Origin: Perkinsus olseni
Taxonomy: Eukaryota
Length of the DNA stretch: 20,000 nucleotides
Direction of reading: 5' to 3'
Assembly: GCA_013115125.1 (NCBI GenBank)
Contig: JABANN010000124.1
Span: 47,462-67,461, forward strand
A program made the position numbers and the translations under genes. Positions 19,933 to 20,000 of this stretch are shown here, piece after piece (positions within the stretch are counted from its first letter, which is position 1; each line of letters begins with the position of its first letter). The notes under the pieces were generated by a model, which did no database searches, had not been told where the DNA came from, and saw only the letters and a list, made by a program, of their open reading frames with translations.

Positions 19933-20000
<68 letters not shown>
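19933..20000. repeat. Poly-G homopolymer (68 nt to window end), likely sequencing or assembly artefact
   Basis: Uninterrupted G run, preceded by GGGGGGCCCCCGC. Confidence 0.8.

Overview
This is eukaryotic genomic DNA from a flagellated protist. The dense 41-59 nt GT-AG introns, an axonemal dynein and an eEF3 suggest a Perkinsus-like alveolate; that taxon is my inference and is not proven. The window holds three protein-coding genes. (1) A 5'-truncated inner-arm axonemal dynein heavy chain (DNAH1-like) on + at 1-13888, which I reconstructed by hand into 35 exons and 34 introns with no frameshift or stop. (2) An intronless, strongly codon-biased translation elongation factor 3 (eEF3; HEAT-4HB-ABC1-ABC2 with chromodomain) on + at 14405-17482. 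(3) A convergent, spliced TMEM135-like membrane protein gene on - at 18016-19788. The window ends in a poly-G run that is probably artefactual. I see no clear new multi-gene system. The most interesting unexplained signals are a strong AG|GT bias with short direct repeats at intron boundaries, an antisense tRNA-like relic with a B-box and T5 in dynein intron 1, several outlier-long structured introns, and a telo-box plus polypyrimidine/AG tract upstream of the intronless eEF3.
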